From the IMG/VR virus record IMGVR_UViG_3300044836_000039, positions 1 to 51,405 of that record: DNA of 51,405 bases. The stretch is one strand, 5' to 3'. A program made the position numbers and the translations under genes. The notes beneath the pieces are model-generated. The model did not search any database, was not told the DNA's origin, and was given only the letters and a program-made list of their open reading frames with translations. Below, piece after piece: positions 36,508 to 45,591 of this stretch (positions are counted from its first letter, which is position 1; each line of letters starts with the position of its first letter). Origin of the DNA: a virus (Duplodnaviria; Caudoviricetes).

Positions 36508-36689
36508 TCGCGCTGACCTGAGGGGTTGTCCTGGTCGCTTCGGTCCTCGGCTTCGTTCCAGCGGAGGACGACGAGGCGGGCCAGGTACGGGGTGTCCATG
36601 ACACCGATCAGCGGATCGCTGTCAGACGGCTCGGGGCCGGGCTGCTCGTAGATGGTCCGGCCGACCTTGCGACCGACGCGGAGCCTCAC
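36504..36689 (-). CDS. Small hypothetical protein (SDQ-box gene 4)
   Basis: RVGRKVGRTIY...D..IG.MD...LA. Confidence 0.7.
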   Translation of the reverse strand: MRLRVGRKVGRTIYEQPGPEPSDSDPLIGVMDTPYLARLVVLRWNEAEDRSDQDNPSGQRE

Positions 36690-36952
36690 GACTGACTGTC
36701 CTGGTCGCTATAGCCAGCGGGCTGGTTGCCGTAGTCGTGCTCATCTAGCGCCCGCCAGGACTCGCGGAGCAGCGCATCCCAGAAGGGGATCGAGCCGTCG
36801 TCGTAGCCATTGAGCACGCGGCTGACGTGCTTCTCGGTCGCACCGACGCGGCGGGCGAGCATGGCTTGCGTCATCCGGTTGGCGTGCAGTCCGGCCCGAA
36901 CCTTGCGCTCCAGGTCGAGCGCCAGAGGTGGCCGATAGCGGACCCGGGTCAT
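36686..36952 (-). CDS. XRE-family HTH protein (SDQ-box gene 3)
   Basis: MTQAMLARRVGATEKHVSRVLNG. Confidence 0.8.
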   Translation of the reverse strand: MTRVRYRPPLALDLERKVRAGLHANRMTQAMLARRVGATEKHVSRVLNGYDDGSIPFWDALLRESWRALDEHDYGNQPAGYSDQDSQS

Positions 36953-37140
36953 CGGGGCTCCTGGTCGCTACCGTCATCAGTGAACGACCAGCCCGCCGCA
37001 ACAAGGGCGCGGTACAGCCGCTTGTCCGCTGCGGCCAGGTCTTCCTGGGTGTCCAGGGGCGTCTTGTCGAACACGTAGCACGCACGCCTGACGGCACGGA
37101 GTGCCGCCTGCTTTGCGAGACTGCTCCGACGTGCGGTCAT
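36949..37140 (-). CDS. Small hypothetical protein (SDQ-box gene 2)
   Basis: Starts and ends in the 24-bp repeats; ends SDQEPR. Confidence 0.65.
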   Translation of the reverse strand: MTARRSSLAKQAALRAVRRACYVFDKTPLDTQEDLAAADKRLYRALVAAGWSFTDDGSDQEPR

Positions 37141-37559
37141 CGGGGCTCCTGGTCGCTAGCGTCAGCGGCGTTGGCCCAATATTCGGCTCGCTCCCCGAGT
37201 CGGTAGAGGTCGTCGGGATACCACGCGACGGTGATCTGCCGCCGACCGTCGCCGTCCTCGGACCACCACGGATCGTCCGGGTCATCCGGGCCGTAGTTGC
37301 TCTCCTTCCACGCCTTTGTGCAGGAGCGCCACACGCTCACCTTCACGCTTGGCAACGCCTTCACGATGGCAGGGTTGTCGGGCGCGAACCGCTCGCCGCC
37401 GTAGCCGTCCTGCAATAGCGTCAGGAGGCCGTCGAGAGGCGTGGTGCCGTGCTCTACGACGACCGCGTGGCCGTCCTCGCACTGAAGCAACATGCCGACT
37501 GGCAGTGCCGACCGTGACGAACTAGTCCGGGGCGTAGAGCTCGCGGCCGGCGGCGTCAT
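37137..37559 (-). CDS. Hypothetical protein (SDQ-box gene 1)
   Basis: ATG overlaps the terS stop; ends SDQEPR. Confidence 0.65.
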   Translation of the reverse strand: MTPPAASSTPRTSSSRSALPVGMLLQCEDGHAVVVEHGTTPLDGLLTLLQDGYGGERFAPDNPAIVKALPSVKVSVWRSCTKAWKESNYGPDDPDDPWWSEDGDGRRQITVAWYPDDLYRLGERAEYWANAADASDQEPR

Positions 37560-37999
37560 CCGGCGTCCCGCTTCCGCTTCCGGAACGCGTCGAGCTCGGA
37601 CTCCAGCTCCTCCGTCGCCGCCGCCAACTCCGCCGGATCCCGCAAATCCCGATGCGTCACATCCAGCTGCCGGGTCGCGCTGTGCCCGGCCCGGTCCAGG
37701 AGATCCCGAACCAGCGAGGCCCGGACCGCGGGTGGGGTCTCCTTGTCCAGGAGTATCTCCCAGCCGATCCCGAGGGCCTGGGCCGCGAGGAGCCCGATGG
37801 TCTCCTGGACGGTCTTGCGGGCTTGCTCGACGGTCATCCCGACGTGCAAGCGGCACTTGTCCATCCCGGTGATCTGGGGCTGGTCGCACGGACCGCGGCC
37901 GTTCTTGCGTTTCGCGGTGCACAGCAGCCGGCCCTGCCCATCACGGGTGCCCGGTGAGTGTCGCTCCGCTGGGGGCGACATGGGGTCCTCAGGTGGCAT
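37556..37999 (-). CDS. Probable terminase small subunit (HGGxSTG-like Zn motif)
   Basis: C.AK...G..C.......C..H.G followed by VR.....D.LDRAG. Confidence 0.7.
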   Translation of the reverse strand: MPPEDPMSPPAERHSPGTRDGQGRLLCTAKRKNGRGPCDQPQITGMDKCRLHVGMTVEQARKTVQETIGLLAAQALGIGWEILLDKETPPAVRASLVRDLLDRAGHSATRQLDVTHRDLRDPAELAAATEELESELDAFRKRKRDAG

Positions 38000-38223
38000 C
38001 AGGTGCTCCTCGTCTTCGTCAAGTGCCACTCCGTACAAACGTCGCAGCGGTACGGCTGCACCTCGACCCCGACCCAGCCGAGCGCGAGGGCGGCGGTGCG
38101 GGCGACGCACTCGGCGCTGTAGGGGACCTTGATGGCGCAGTCCTCGATCCGCTTGATCTGGCCGGGGGACAGGGCTTGGCCGGTCCCGATGGCTTGCTGG
38201 GGCAGCTGGAGGCGGCGGGTCAT
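37999..38223 (-). CDS. Small zinc-finger protein
   Basis: C..K..Y ... YRCDVCTEWHLT. Confidence 0.7.
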   Translation of the reverse strand: MTRRLQLPQQAIGTGQALSPGQIKRIEDCAIKVPYSAECVARTAALALGWVGVEVQPYRCDVCTEWHLTKTRST

Positions 38224-38765
38224 GTCGGGCCCCCGGTGGGTTCGGCGGTCTGCTCGCTGGTGTTGCCTCGGATCGTGTCGAGCTCGGCCCGGGCAGCGGC
38301 CATCCGCTCCGGGTCGACAGCGGGGAGGCCGGTGATGGTGGGTGCGTTCCGGGGCGAGCCGCCGACGGGTGTCTCGTCGACTGTGGGTGGGCTGGGGAAG
38401 ACACCGGTGATGGCGTGCATGTCGCGGGGTTTCTCGGTGCCGTCGGCGACGCGGGTGCGGTCTTGTCGGAGGGCTTCGAGGTAGGCGGGGACGTCGTCGG
38501 GGTTGGCGTTGGGGATGGCGTCGAAGTCGCGGTTGAGGCGGTTGGCGCGGATGCGGTTGACGCCGGCTCGGACGTGGCCTGGCATGAGCCAGTCGGTGCT
38601 GGTGCCGTAGTGGTCGATGATGGCTTGCTTGGCGTCGGTGAGGTTGAGGTCTCCGATGGCGCGGGCCCATCCGGCGGCGTCGTAGTCGCCGACGGTGCGG
38701 CGGTCGAAGGATTGGGCGACGGCGAGGGCGTCGTAGGCGTCGGCGAGGGTCCAGCGGGTGGTCAT
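38220..38765 (-). CDS. Helicase loader/inhibitor-like replication protein
   Basis: D.RTVG..D...W...I......DA..AI..HY......LMP.HV; follows the initiator. Confidence 0.7.
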   Translation of the reverse strand: MTTRWTLADAYDALAVAQSFDRRTVGDYDAAGWARAIGDLNLTDAKQAIIDHYGTSTDWLMPGHVRAGVNRIRANRLNRDFDAIPNANPDDVPAYLEALRQDRTRVADGTEKPRDMHAITGVFPSPPTVDETPVGGSPRNAPTITGLPAVDPERMAAARAELDTIRGNTSEQTAEPTGGPT

Positions 38766-39832
38766 GCGCTCTCCTGGGCTCGGAGCTCGGCGGCGCGGGT
38801 TCGGCTGGCGTTGACGCGCTGGTCGGTGGTGCTGGCTGGCCGGTGGGCTCGGGTCTGGAGTTCGTGGACGACGCTGGGCAGGGCGGAGGGGTGGAGTCCT
38901 TTGCTGGCCCAGACGGGGAGGGCGGCGCGGAGGTCGTCGGGGTCTTGGCCTTCGGCGAGCATCGCGGTGAGTTGCTTGCCGACTTGGCCGATGACGGCGT
39001 TGGGGGGGCGCTTGGGGGTGTGGTCGATCCAGTGGGCGATGAGTTGCTGGGTGGTGGTGTGCGGCTCGGTGAGCGGAGCGAGCGCCGCCCCACCGGAGGT
39101 TGGGGTAGGGGTTGTGGTTGGGGTAGGGGAAAGGGGCCCCTGCGCGCGTGCGCGTGGGGGTTCGGGGTAGGGTTCAGGTGAGGGTTTGGTGGAGGCTTCG
39201 GTGAAGCCTGCCGGGATGCCTTCGGGTGAGGCTTCGGTGAAGCCCTCGACGGTTTGGGCCTGGATTGCGCTCAGCATCTGGGTCCGGAGGCCGGTCTTGA
39301 TGGCCTTGCCGATCCGGGCGATGGCCGCGGGGGTCATGGTCTGGGGCCATTCGCCTTTCTCGCCGGGTGCGGCGGTGGCCGGGTACTGGCCCATGGCGAG
39401 GAGCCAGCCGGCTCTTTCGCCGACGGGGAGGTCGTCGAGGGACCAGAGGCGACGCATTTCGGTGAGGAAGGCGACGCAGATCGTGTCGCTGGCGATGAGG
39501 TGGTAGTCCGAAACGAGGGCGGCGACCATGTTCGGCTGCGCCAGGATGTGGTCGTGGCGCACGTAGGTGCGGGCGAAGAGCTCTTCGGTGTCGTCGTCGA
39601 TGACGACGTGGCGGGTGGTGGTGAGGCTGTCGTAGTCGCGTCGGAGGGTCTTCTCGGTGCCGTCGGCTGAGGTCTTGGCCCAGCGCCGAGGTCTATAGGC
39701 GAGGACACCGCAGCGGCTGAGGTCGGCCTGGGACAGGACGAGCAGGTAGGCCTGTTGCTGGAGGCGGGTGAGTTTGCGGATGCTGCTCTCGCCCCAGATG
39801 TCGGTGTTGAGGCGGTGGTGGTCGCGTGCCAC
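38762..39832 (-). CDS. Phage replication initiator
   Basis: MAR......IW.....L....Q..Y..L.SQ..LS.CG N-domain, Pro-rich linker, W..KGLHP C-domain. Confidence 0.8.
   Translation of the reverse strand: MARDHHRLNTDIWGESSIRKLTRLQQQAYLLVLSQADLSRCGVLAYRPRRWAKTSADGTEKTLRRDYDSLTTTRHVVIDDDTEELFARTYVRHDHILAQPNMVAALVSDYHLIASDTICVAFLTEMRRLWSLDDLPVGERAGWLLAMGQYPATAAPGEKGEWPQTMTPAAIARIGKAIKTGLRTQMLSAIQAQTVEGFTEASPEGIPAGFTEASTKPSPEPYPEPPRARAQGPLSPTPTTTPTPTSGGAALAPLTEPHTTTQQLIAHWIDHTPKRPPNAVIGQVGKQLTAMLAEGQDPDDLRAALPVWASKGLHPSALPSVVHELQTRAHRPASTTDQRVNASRTRAAELRAQESA
39158..39244. repeat. Iteron-like repeats, probable replication origin inside the initiator gene
   Basis: GAGGCTTCGGTGAAGCC at 39192-39208 and 39228-39244, each palindromic; degenerate GGTTC-type repeats adjacent. 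Confidence 0.6.
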
Positions 39833-40059
39833 TAGATGGCCTCCTGGTTGTTGAAGAGGTCCGGCTGTACCGGCTTGGGGGGGCGTGGTGCGCGGGCTTG
39901 GGCGTACTGCTGGTTGCGCTTGTCGGCTTCGGTTTGGGTGAGGTCTCGGGTGTCGTAGAGGGGGTGTTTGCGGGTGTCGTCGAGGGCGAATTCGATGGTC
40001 CAGCGGGTGCCGTGGCGGACGGCTGTCCACGGGCCGGCGGGCTCGGGTGCGGTCGTCAT
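39832..40059 (-). CDS. Hypothetical protein
   Basis: Coupled ORF ending in a QPDLF clamp-binding-like motif. Confidence 0.55.
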   Translation of the reverse strand: MTTAPEPAGPWTAVRHGTRWTIEFALDDTRKHPLYDTRDLTQTEADKRNQQYAQARAPRPPKPVQPDLFNNQEAI

Positions 40060-41819
40060 GCGGCGTCCAGGTGGGCGATGACGGCCTTGCCGATCCAGTG
40101 GGCGACGTTGCTGCTGACGGCGTTGCCGGCCTGCTTGGTGACTTCGCCCTTGTTGCCGCGGACGATGTAGCTGTCGGGGAACCGTTGGGCGCGGAGGTGC
40201 TCACGGGGCTGCAGCATCCGGAAGTAGCAGTCGTTGACGTCGATGGCGGCGGCGAGAAGGGCGTGCTGCTCGCGAGTCGCGATCGTGGACAGGGCGGTGT
40301 CGCCGGGTCGGTGTGCCTTGGAGCCGCGGCGGTAGGGGATGACGAGCCAGTGGTGGTCCTGCGTGGTGATCGCACCGAGTGGCTCACTGATCCGCTTGAC
40401 CATGTGCTCGGGACGAGCGTTACCGCCGAATGCCTTGACGTAGAACGGGGTGACGAGCTCGTGGTGGTTGCCGCCGGCGGTGAGCGTCGCGAGCGGCTCC
40501 ACGGATGGGTGCCGCGGTCGGCTGTTGCGGTTGGCCATGGTCACGAAGGCGGGCGGTGTGACGACCGCTTCGCCGATCTTCGTCGTGCGCGGTGCCAGCG
40601 GGCCCGTTGCCGGGTGCTGTACACGGCCGTCGTGCCCGCCGTGGTTCAGGGTCACGAGCATCGGATGGGTCGCGAGGGCGTCCGTGTCGCGAGTGAGCCG
40701 CGCGGTCAGAGGCTCACCGACGCTGCGGGCCGGCTGTTCATGGTTCGGGCCACCGACGGCGAGAGTCATCGCTGCGGAGGTGGCCAGTGCGTCCTGCGCG
40801 GTGCAGGTCCTGGCCATCAGGGGAGCGTCGTACGCCGGTTGGGCGCGGACGTAGCTCGAGCCGGGTGCCTCCCAGGTGTTACCCGCCGCGGCGACGACGG
40901 TGGGCTGGCAGAACATGTCGAGACCGGCCTGGACGCGGCGCATCGTGTTCGGTGCGTAGGGACTCTGGACCGTCTTGCCGGTCTTCTTGTCGGTGAAGGT
41001 GCGCAGGGGCTGGTCACCGATGCGACTGCCGAGGTCAGACCAGTCGATCGCCGCCGCCGCAGGCCGAACGTATGGCTCGACGATCGCATGCTTGCAGCGG
41101 CTGTTGGGGCAGCGATAGAGATACTGGGAGCCGTACTTGCCGATCTGGCGGCGCTTGGGGTTCTTCCACCACTGGGTGGCGTGTACCAGCTCGTCGCAGT
41201 CGAAGCACCATGCGATCGGTCGAGGCTGCAGGTTCAGGCGTCCGACGTCGGTGCGGCTGAACAGGAAGTAGATCCGGTCCCGCCACTGCGGTGCCCGCTT
41301 GTTCTTGGAAGCTTCGCCTTCCTCCTCGTCGCCGATGTGCGCGCTGTTCACGCACACGATCTGCACCTCGTACCCGAGCCCGCAGATGCCCTGGATCCAC
41401 CAGTCAATCGACGGCCAGTCCATGACCTCGACGACGTTCTCGACGATGACGACCTTGTAGCGGTGGACTTCGGTGGCGCGGAAGACGTCGAGCATGGTGG
41501 CGCGCGAGCGAATCCCTCCGTCGGTGGGTACGTAGTCGTCGAGCAGGTCGAGCTGCGCGCGGAGCTTCTTGCGTCCGCCGGCGGGGCTGTGCCAGGTGCA
41601 CTCGGGGCTGAACCAGCCGATGTCGGTGCGGGGGAGCCGGCGGAGGTCGTAGTTGCTGACGTCGGCGCAGAGGTGTTCGGCGTCGGGGAAGTTCGCGCTG
41701 TGGGTCTCGATCGCGCGGTCCCAGTGGTTCGCGGCGAGGACGACGTCAATCCCGGCTTCGTGCAGGCCGATGGACTCGCCACCGGCGCCGCAGAACACGT
41801 CCGTCGCGGTCAGGCTCAC
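40056..41819 (-). CDS. DNA (cytosine-5) methyltransferase
   Basis: FCGAGG (I), SPEC (IV), ENV (VI), Q.RDR (VIII), QAGNAV (X). Confidence 0.93.
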   Translation of the reverse strand: MSLTATDVFCGAGGESIGLHEAGIDVVLAANHWDRAIETHSANFPDAEHLCADVSNYDLRRLPRTDIGWFSPECTWHSPAGGRKKLRAQLDLLDDYVPTDGGIRSRATMLDVFRATEVHRYKVVIVENVVEVMDWPSIDWWIQGICGLGYEVQIVCVNSAHIGDEEEGEASKNKRAPQWRDRIYFLFSRTDVGRLNLQPRPIAWCFDCDELVHATQWWKNPKRRQIGKYGSQYLYRCPNSRCKHAIVEPYVRPAAAAIDWSDLGSRIGDQPLRTFTDKKTGKTVQSPYAPNTMRRVQAGLDMFCQPTVVAAAGNTWEAPGSSYVRAQPAYDAPLMARTCTAQDALATSAAMTLAVGGPNHEQPARSVGEPLTARLTRDTDALATHPMLVTLNHGGHDGRVQHPATGPLAPRTTKIGEAVVTPPAFVTMANRNSRPRHPSVEPLATLTAGGNHHELVTPFYVKAFGGNARPEHMVKRISEPLGAITTQDHHWLVIPYRRGSKAHRPGDTALSTIATREQHALLAAAIDVNDCYFRMLQPREHLRAQRFPDSYIVRGNKGEVTKQAGNAVSSNVAHWIGKAVIAHLDAA

Positions 41820-43591
41820 CGGCTACCTCCGTCGAAGAGGGTGTCGGCGGCGCGGGGGTGGCCGTCGGTGGTGATGAGCTGGCGGGCGCGGAGGCGTTGG
41901 AGGTAGGTGTCGCGGCTGCTGCGCTTGTAGCCGGTTTGGAGGGAGAGTTCTTCGCGGTCGACGGGGTCGGGCCAGGCGTGGATGAGTTGTTCGAGGAGGG
42001 CGCGTTCCCCGCCGCTGAGGGTGTTGAGCCAGTGCTGGCGTAGTGCCTGTCCGGTGGGGAGGGGTTCGAAGTCGTCACCGAGCGCCTCGACACCGGCGGC
42101 GGTGACGACGAGCTGTGAGCCGTGGGACTCGACGAACCCGGCTGCCTTGAGCCGCTGGAGGTAGGTGTCTCGGGAGGACCGCTTGTAGCCGGTGAGGACG
42201 ATGAGCTGTTCGCGGGTGACGCCCTGGTCGTACTGCGCGACGGCGGTCAGGATGACCCGCTCGCCCTTTCCTAGGTCCGTGGGAGTCGTAATCCCCTGAA
42301 TGGTCGGACGACGAGGCTGCCGTCGTGGCGTTGGATCAGGACGTTCCTGGGTCCGGGGTGTTGCCACCGGATCAGGACGGTGCACGGCTGGCCGCGTTCG
42401 AGGTACGTCTTCCCGATCATGGTCCTCCGTCGTCGTGCGGATGAGCGCACGGAGCAGCGTCAGCTGGTCGATGGTCTCGTTCGTGAGGAACGTCTGCTGC
42501 TCAAGCTGCTCGGCCCACTCGGTCTGCGCCAGCGACAACTTGTCGAACGTCGCTTCGAGCCGTGCGACGACGTCCTCCGGGAGCACGGACACCTCGACGC
42601 GTTCCGGTGTCGGCGCTGGCTTCGCGCGCTCGGCGGCCAGGTCCCGCTCGAGCTGCGCGATGCGCTTCCGCAGCTGCTTGGGGTCCTCAGCGGCCGCGCG
42701 TTCGATGGTCTCGGCCATCGCCTCCTTGATCGCGGCGAGGTCGACGTCGGCGAGCGTCGCCGGCGGGCGGCGCTTCTGGCCCACCTTGGGGGTCGCGCCG
42801 CTGTCGAAGGTGCGGCGACGGTCGAACTGGATCCGCTTCAGGATGCGCAGCGCACCGGGCGACCACACCCACGCCTCACCGTCGGCGAGCCCGGGCAGCG
42901 AGGCGAGGAGCTTGGGGTCGACGTCCTGGTCCTGCACCCAGTCCTTGATCGACTGGCGGGACCGTGGGCCGATGGTGCGCAGGACGATCAGGGTGTCGAT
43001 GAGCTCGAGGACGTCCTTGTTCAGCACCGAGGACCGCTGCGAGATCAGCGTGCAGCCCAGGCCCTTGAACCGGCCCTGCTTGACGATGCGCTGCCAGACG
43101 CTGACGAGCTCGGCCTGGTCGCCCTTGACCACCTGGGGCAGGTACTCGTGCGCCTCCTCGAGGAACAGGTGCAGCGGCTCGGCGCCGTCGTCGTCGGCGT
43201 GGGCGAACAGGTGCCGGCCGAACGCGAGGAGGAAGCGGGTCGTCTCGGCCTTGGTGAACTGGCTGACGTCGAGCACGCACGTCAGGCGGTGGCGCAGGAC
43301 CAGGTCCGCGATGAGGACGCCGGCGGTGGGCTCGAGGTCGACGTCGCCGTGGCGGCCGCCGAAGACGACGACGGGCAACCCTGGGCCTTGGCCGTCTGCG
43401 GAGCTGCGGACGCCGTACCAGTCGCCCTTGGGGTCGACGGCGACCCACGGGATGCCGGCGTCGTACATCCGCTCGGCCATGGTGACGGCGGCGTTGCTCT
43501 TGCCGGCGCCCTTCGTGGCGAGGACGCCGAAGGTGCCGGTCGCCGCGTCGAGAGGCAGCGTCAGGTCGGGGGAGATCCGTAGGCCGGTCAT
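41816..43591 (-). CDS. HerA/FtsK-superfamily ATPase with two C-terminal winged-HTH repeats
   Basis: ATKGAGKS, DPKGDW, LFLEEAH, GR..G, SQR; TGYKRSSRDTYLQRL twice. Confidence 0.85.
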   Translation of the reverse strand: MTGLRISPDLTLPLDAATGTFGVLATKGAGKSNAAVTMAERMYDAGIPWVAVDPKGDWYGVRSSADGQGPGLPVVVFGGRHGDVDLEPTAGVLIADLVLRHRLTCVLDVSQFTKAETTRFLLAFGRHLFAHADDDGAEPLHLFLEEAHEYLPQVVKGDQAELVSVWQRIVKQGRFKGLGCTLISQRSSVLNKDVLELIDTLIVLRTIGPRSRQSIKDWVQDQDVDPKLLASLPGLADGEAWVWSPGALRILKRIQFDRRRTFDSGATPKVGQKRRPPATLADVDLAAIKEAMAETIERAAAEDPKQLRKRIAQLERDLAAERAKPAPTPERVEVSVLPEDVVARLEATFDKLSLAQTEWAEQLEQQTFLTNETIDQLTLLRALIRTTTEDHDREDVPRTRPAVHRPDPVATPRTQERPDPTPRRQPRRPTIQGITTPTDLGKGERVILTAVAQYDQGVTREQLIVLTGYKRSSRDTYLQRLKAAGFVESHGSQLVVTAAGVEALGDDFEPLPTGQALRQHWLNTLSGGERALLEQLIHAWPDPVDREELSLQTGYKRSSRDTYLQRLRARQLITTDGHPRAADTLFDGGSR

Positions 43592-43944
43592 CGACCCTCG
43601 CCGGACGGGGTGTTGTGGTGTGAGCAGCCGGGGGCGGTGCTGTTGTCGGTGTGGAACCGCCCGCACGCCTGCAAGCGGGCGGGCTGTGGGTTGTTCTGGA
43701 GCGGGCAGTCGATGGGGTCGTCGAAGGACGAGTGCGCGTGCGGCGTGGTGATCCGACACCGCACCGGGGTGCTAGTGGACGCCTTCCAAGCCTCGTGGAA
43801 CGTGTCCTTGTGGTGCGGGTGAGGGCACGTCGGGAGGCAAACGCCCTGGTCATCGGGGGTGTGGACGTAGCCGATGTCGATGGTGTGGGCGCACGATGAG
43901 TCGCAGACGTGTGCGCGGTAGGGCTGCTTGCTCTGTTCGGTCAC
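43588..43944 (-). CDS. Cys/His-rich hypothetical protein
   Basis: Many C/H pairs; coupled overlaps. Confidence 0.55.
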   Translation of the reverse strand: MTEQSKQPYRAHVCDSSCAHTIDIGYVHTPDDQGVCLPTCPHPHHKDTFHEAWKASTSTPVRCRITTPHAHSSFDDPIDCPLQNNPQPARLQACGRFHTDNSTAPGCSHHNTPSGEGR

Positions 43945-44099
43945 AGGTTCCACCACCGCTTCGGCTTCACGCGGCGGTAGTCCTCGACGGTCAGATGCTC
44001 AGGCTCGAGCCGCTGCACGAGCACGGGAGCGCCCTCGGCGTCGTACCCAGTGAGGTAGACGACGTGATCCTCGGTAATCGTCACCGTCAGGTCATTCAC
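43941..44099 (-). CDS. Small hypothetical protein (52 aa)
   Basis: Own translation MNDLTVTITEDHVVYLTGYD...WWNL; fills the gap with overlaps. Confidence 0.5.
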   Translation of the reverse strand: MNDLTVTITEDHVVYLTGYDAEGAPVLVQRLEPEHLTVEDYRRVKPKRWWNL

Positions 44100-44496
44100 G
44101 GTCGCCACCACCAGACGGGGCGTTACCGTCAGTTCCCCGAAGACGCGGGTGCGTGTGGTGGAACGGGTCGAAGTGCCGTGCGCGGTCCAGTTCTTTCAGC
44201 CGTCGTTGGAGGTCGGCCTGCTGCTCTGGCGACAGGTGCGGCACCGTTGGACACCAGCCGTGGTGCATCCGTCCGAGGGATCGGATAGGTACGCCAGGGC
44301 CGTCGTGAGGCTCAGGAACGGCGTAGCACTCGGTGCAGGTGCCCTCGGGGAGTAGCGCCTCGACCTGCTGGATCACCTCGTCGGAAAAGATCGACAGGCC
44401 GTGCTCGCGGATCATCGTCGCCAGGGCGTCGCGGAACGCTTTGGCCTTCCGGCGCTCGTCAGCAACCGGCTCAGAAGGCTGCGCAGGGCCGGTCAC
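44092..44496 (-). CDS. Hypothetical protein (CxxC...H..WC)
   Basis: Coupled ORF. Confidence 0.55.
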   Translation of the reverse strand: MTGPAQPSEPVADERRKAKAFRDALATMIREHGLSIFSDEVIQQVEALLPEGTCTECYAVPEPHDGPGVPIRSLGRMHHGWCPTVPHLSPEQQADLQRRLKELDRARHFDPFHHTHPRLRGTDGNAPSGGGDRE

Positions 44497-44678
44497 CGTG
44501 AGCCTCCGAACAACTGGAAGTGCAGGTGGCTCGCCTGACAGGACACGCAGGAAGTCAGGTGGCAATCGGGCCAGCGGACTTCACCGCCACCGTGGTCGCT
44601 CAGGTGCAGCAGAAGACGGCGCAGCATGTCGACGTCCACCTGCTTCAGCGACAGCGTCGTTGCTGGTTCGTGGGTCAC
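44493..44678 (-). CDS. Small Cys/His protein
   Basis: Coupled ORF. Confidence 0.5.
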   Translation of the reverse strand: MTHEPATTLSLKQVDVDMLRRLLLHLSDHGGGEVRWPDCHLTSCVSCQASHLHFQLFGGSR

Positions 44679-45220
44679 GATGCGCGTCGCTCTCTGAGTT
44701 CGAAAAGACCAGCCCAGTCGGGCCGGGCGGCGATGAGCGCGCGGACCATCGGTGCGCGCAAGGTGTTGTCGAGCTGGTAGCGGTTGCCGTTGGTCTCGAC
44801 GTGGCCGCGGAGCTGCTCGAAGAGGGCACCGATCCCGAGCCGGCGGGCACCCGCGCTGACGTGCTGTTCGATCAGCTGAACGAGGCGCTCCCGGACGTGG
44901 GGGTTGGCGGCGTCGAAGGCGAGGAACCGCTGCGTGATCGTGTCGGTCGGCTCCGGGATTTGCGCGCGCAATGCGCGCACCTCAGCGTCGGGTTGCTGCA
45001 TCCGGCGGCGGAGGGCGTCCAGCGTCCGCGTCGGGTCGACCTGCGACGTGGGATCGGGCTGGCCGGCCTGGGCCCAGGGTGCGTGCAGGTCGCATCTCCA
45101 CCCGGCCGGGTAGAGCCGGGCTGTGGCGCGGCAGCCGTAGGTGCAGGGCTGGCTGTGCAACGCCGCGTGACGACGCGCGATGTTCGCCGCGACCCGCGCA
45201 GGGACCTGGAAGTCGGTCAT
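44675..45220 (-). CDS. Two-domain hypothetical protein
   Basis: RLY..GWRC..H domain plus F..F...NPHV...FE.R domain. Confidence 0.7.
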   Translation of the reverse strand: MTDFQVPARVAANIARRHAALHSQPCTYGCRATARLYPAGWRCDLHAPWAQAGQPDPTSQVDPTRTLDALRRRMQQPDAEVRALRAQIPEPTDTITQRFLAFDAANPHVRERLVQLIEQHVSAGARRLGIGALFEQLRGHVETNGNRYQLDNTLRAPMVRALIAARPDWAGLFELRERRAS

Positions 45221-45591
45221 GACGCGGCCGCCCTGGCGTTGCGTGCGCCCGCGCGACGGTCGGGCCGGTTCCGCTGGTAGTGCCGCTCCGCGATCGCGCA
45301 GGTTCGGCAGGGCTCTTCGCGGCGGGCGACGTGCCGGACATAGGCGGCGTGGGTTCCGCACGGTCGGAGCTGCCGTGGTTGGGGGAGCTGTTCGGTCCAG
45401 CCCAAGAGGTCCCGTGCGGTCCGCTCGTCGTCGACCATGCCGGCGAGGACGACCGCGACGGCCTGCCAGTCGGTCACTTGCGCGAGCGCGACCCGGACGA
45501 GCCGGCGGTCTTGACTGTGAACGGCGTCGACCAGCTGGAGGGCGGGAGCGACTGCTGTCTCGGCCCGCACATAGGTGCGCTCGTCGATCAT
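45217..45591 (-). CDS. Protein with CGT-H-CxxC zinc finger
   Basis: PCGTHAAY.RH....E.PC..C. Confidence 0.7.
   Translation of the reverse strand: MIDERTYVRAETAVAPALQLVDAVHSQDRRLVRVALAQVTDWQAVAVVLAGMVDDERTARDLLGWTEQLPQPRQLRPCGTHAAYVRHVARREEPCRTCAIAERHYQRNRPDRRAGARNARAAAS

Larger units (their letters stand above)
36529..37158 (-). repeat. Four junction boxes AGCGACCAGGA (two extend to a 24-bp identity)
   Basis: Plus-strand TCCTGGTCGCT at 36529, 36699, 36959, 37147; GGTCATCGGGGCTCCTGGTCGCTA at 36947-36970 and 37135-37158. Confidence 0.92.

Noticed and set aside
40056-41819. Restriction-modification system
   Set aside because: No cognate restriction endonuclease is adjacent; orphan methylases are common in phage replication regions
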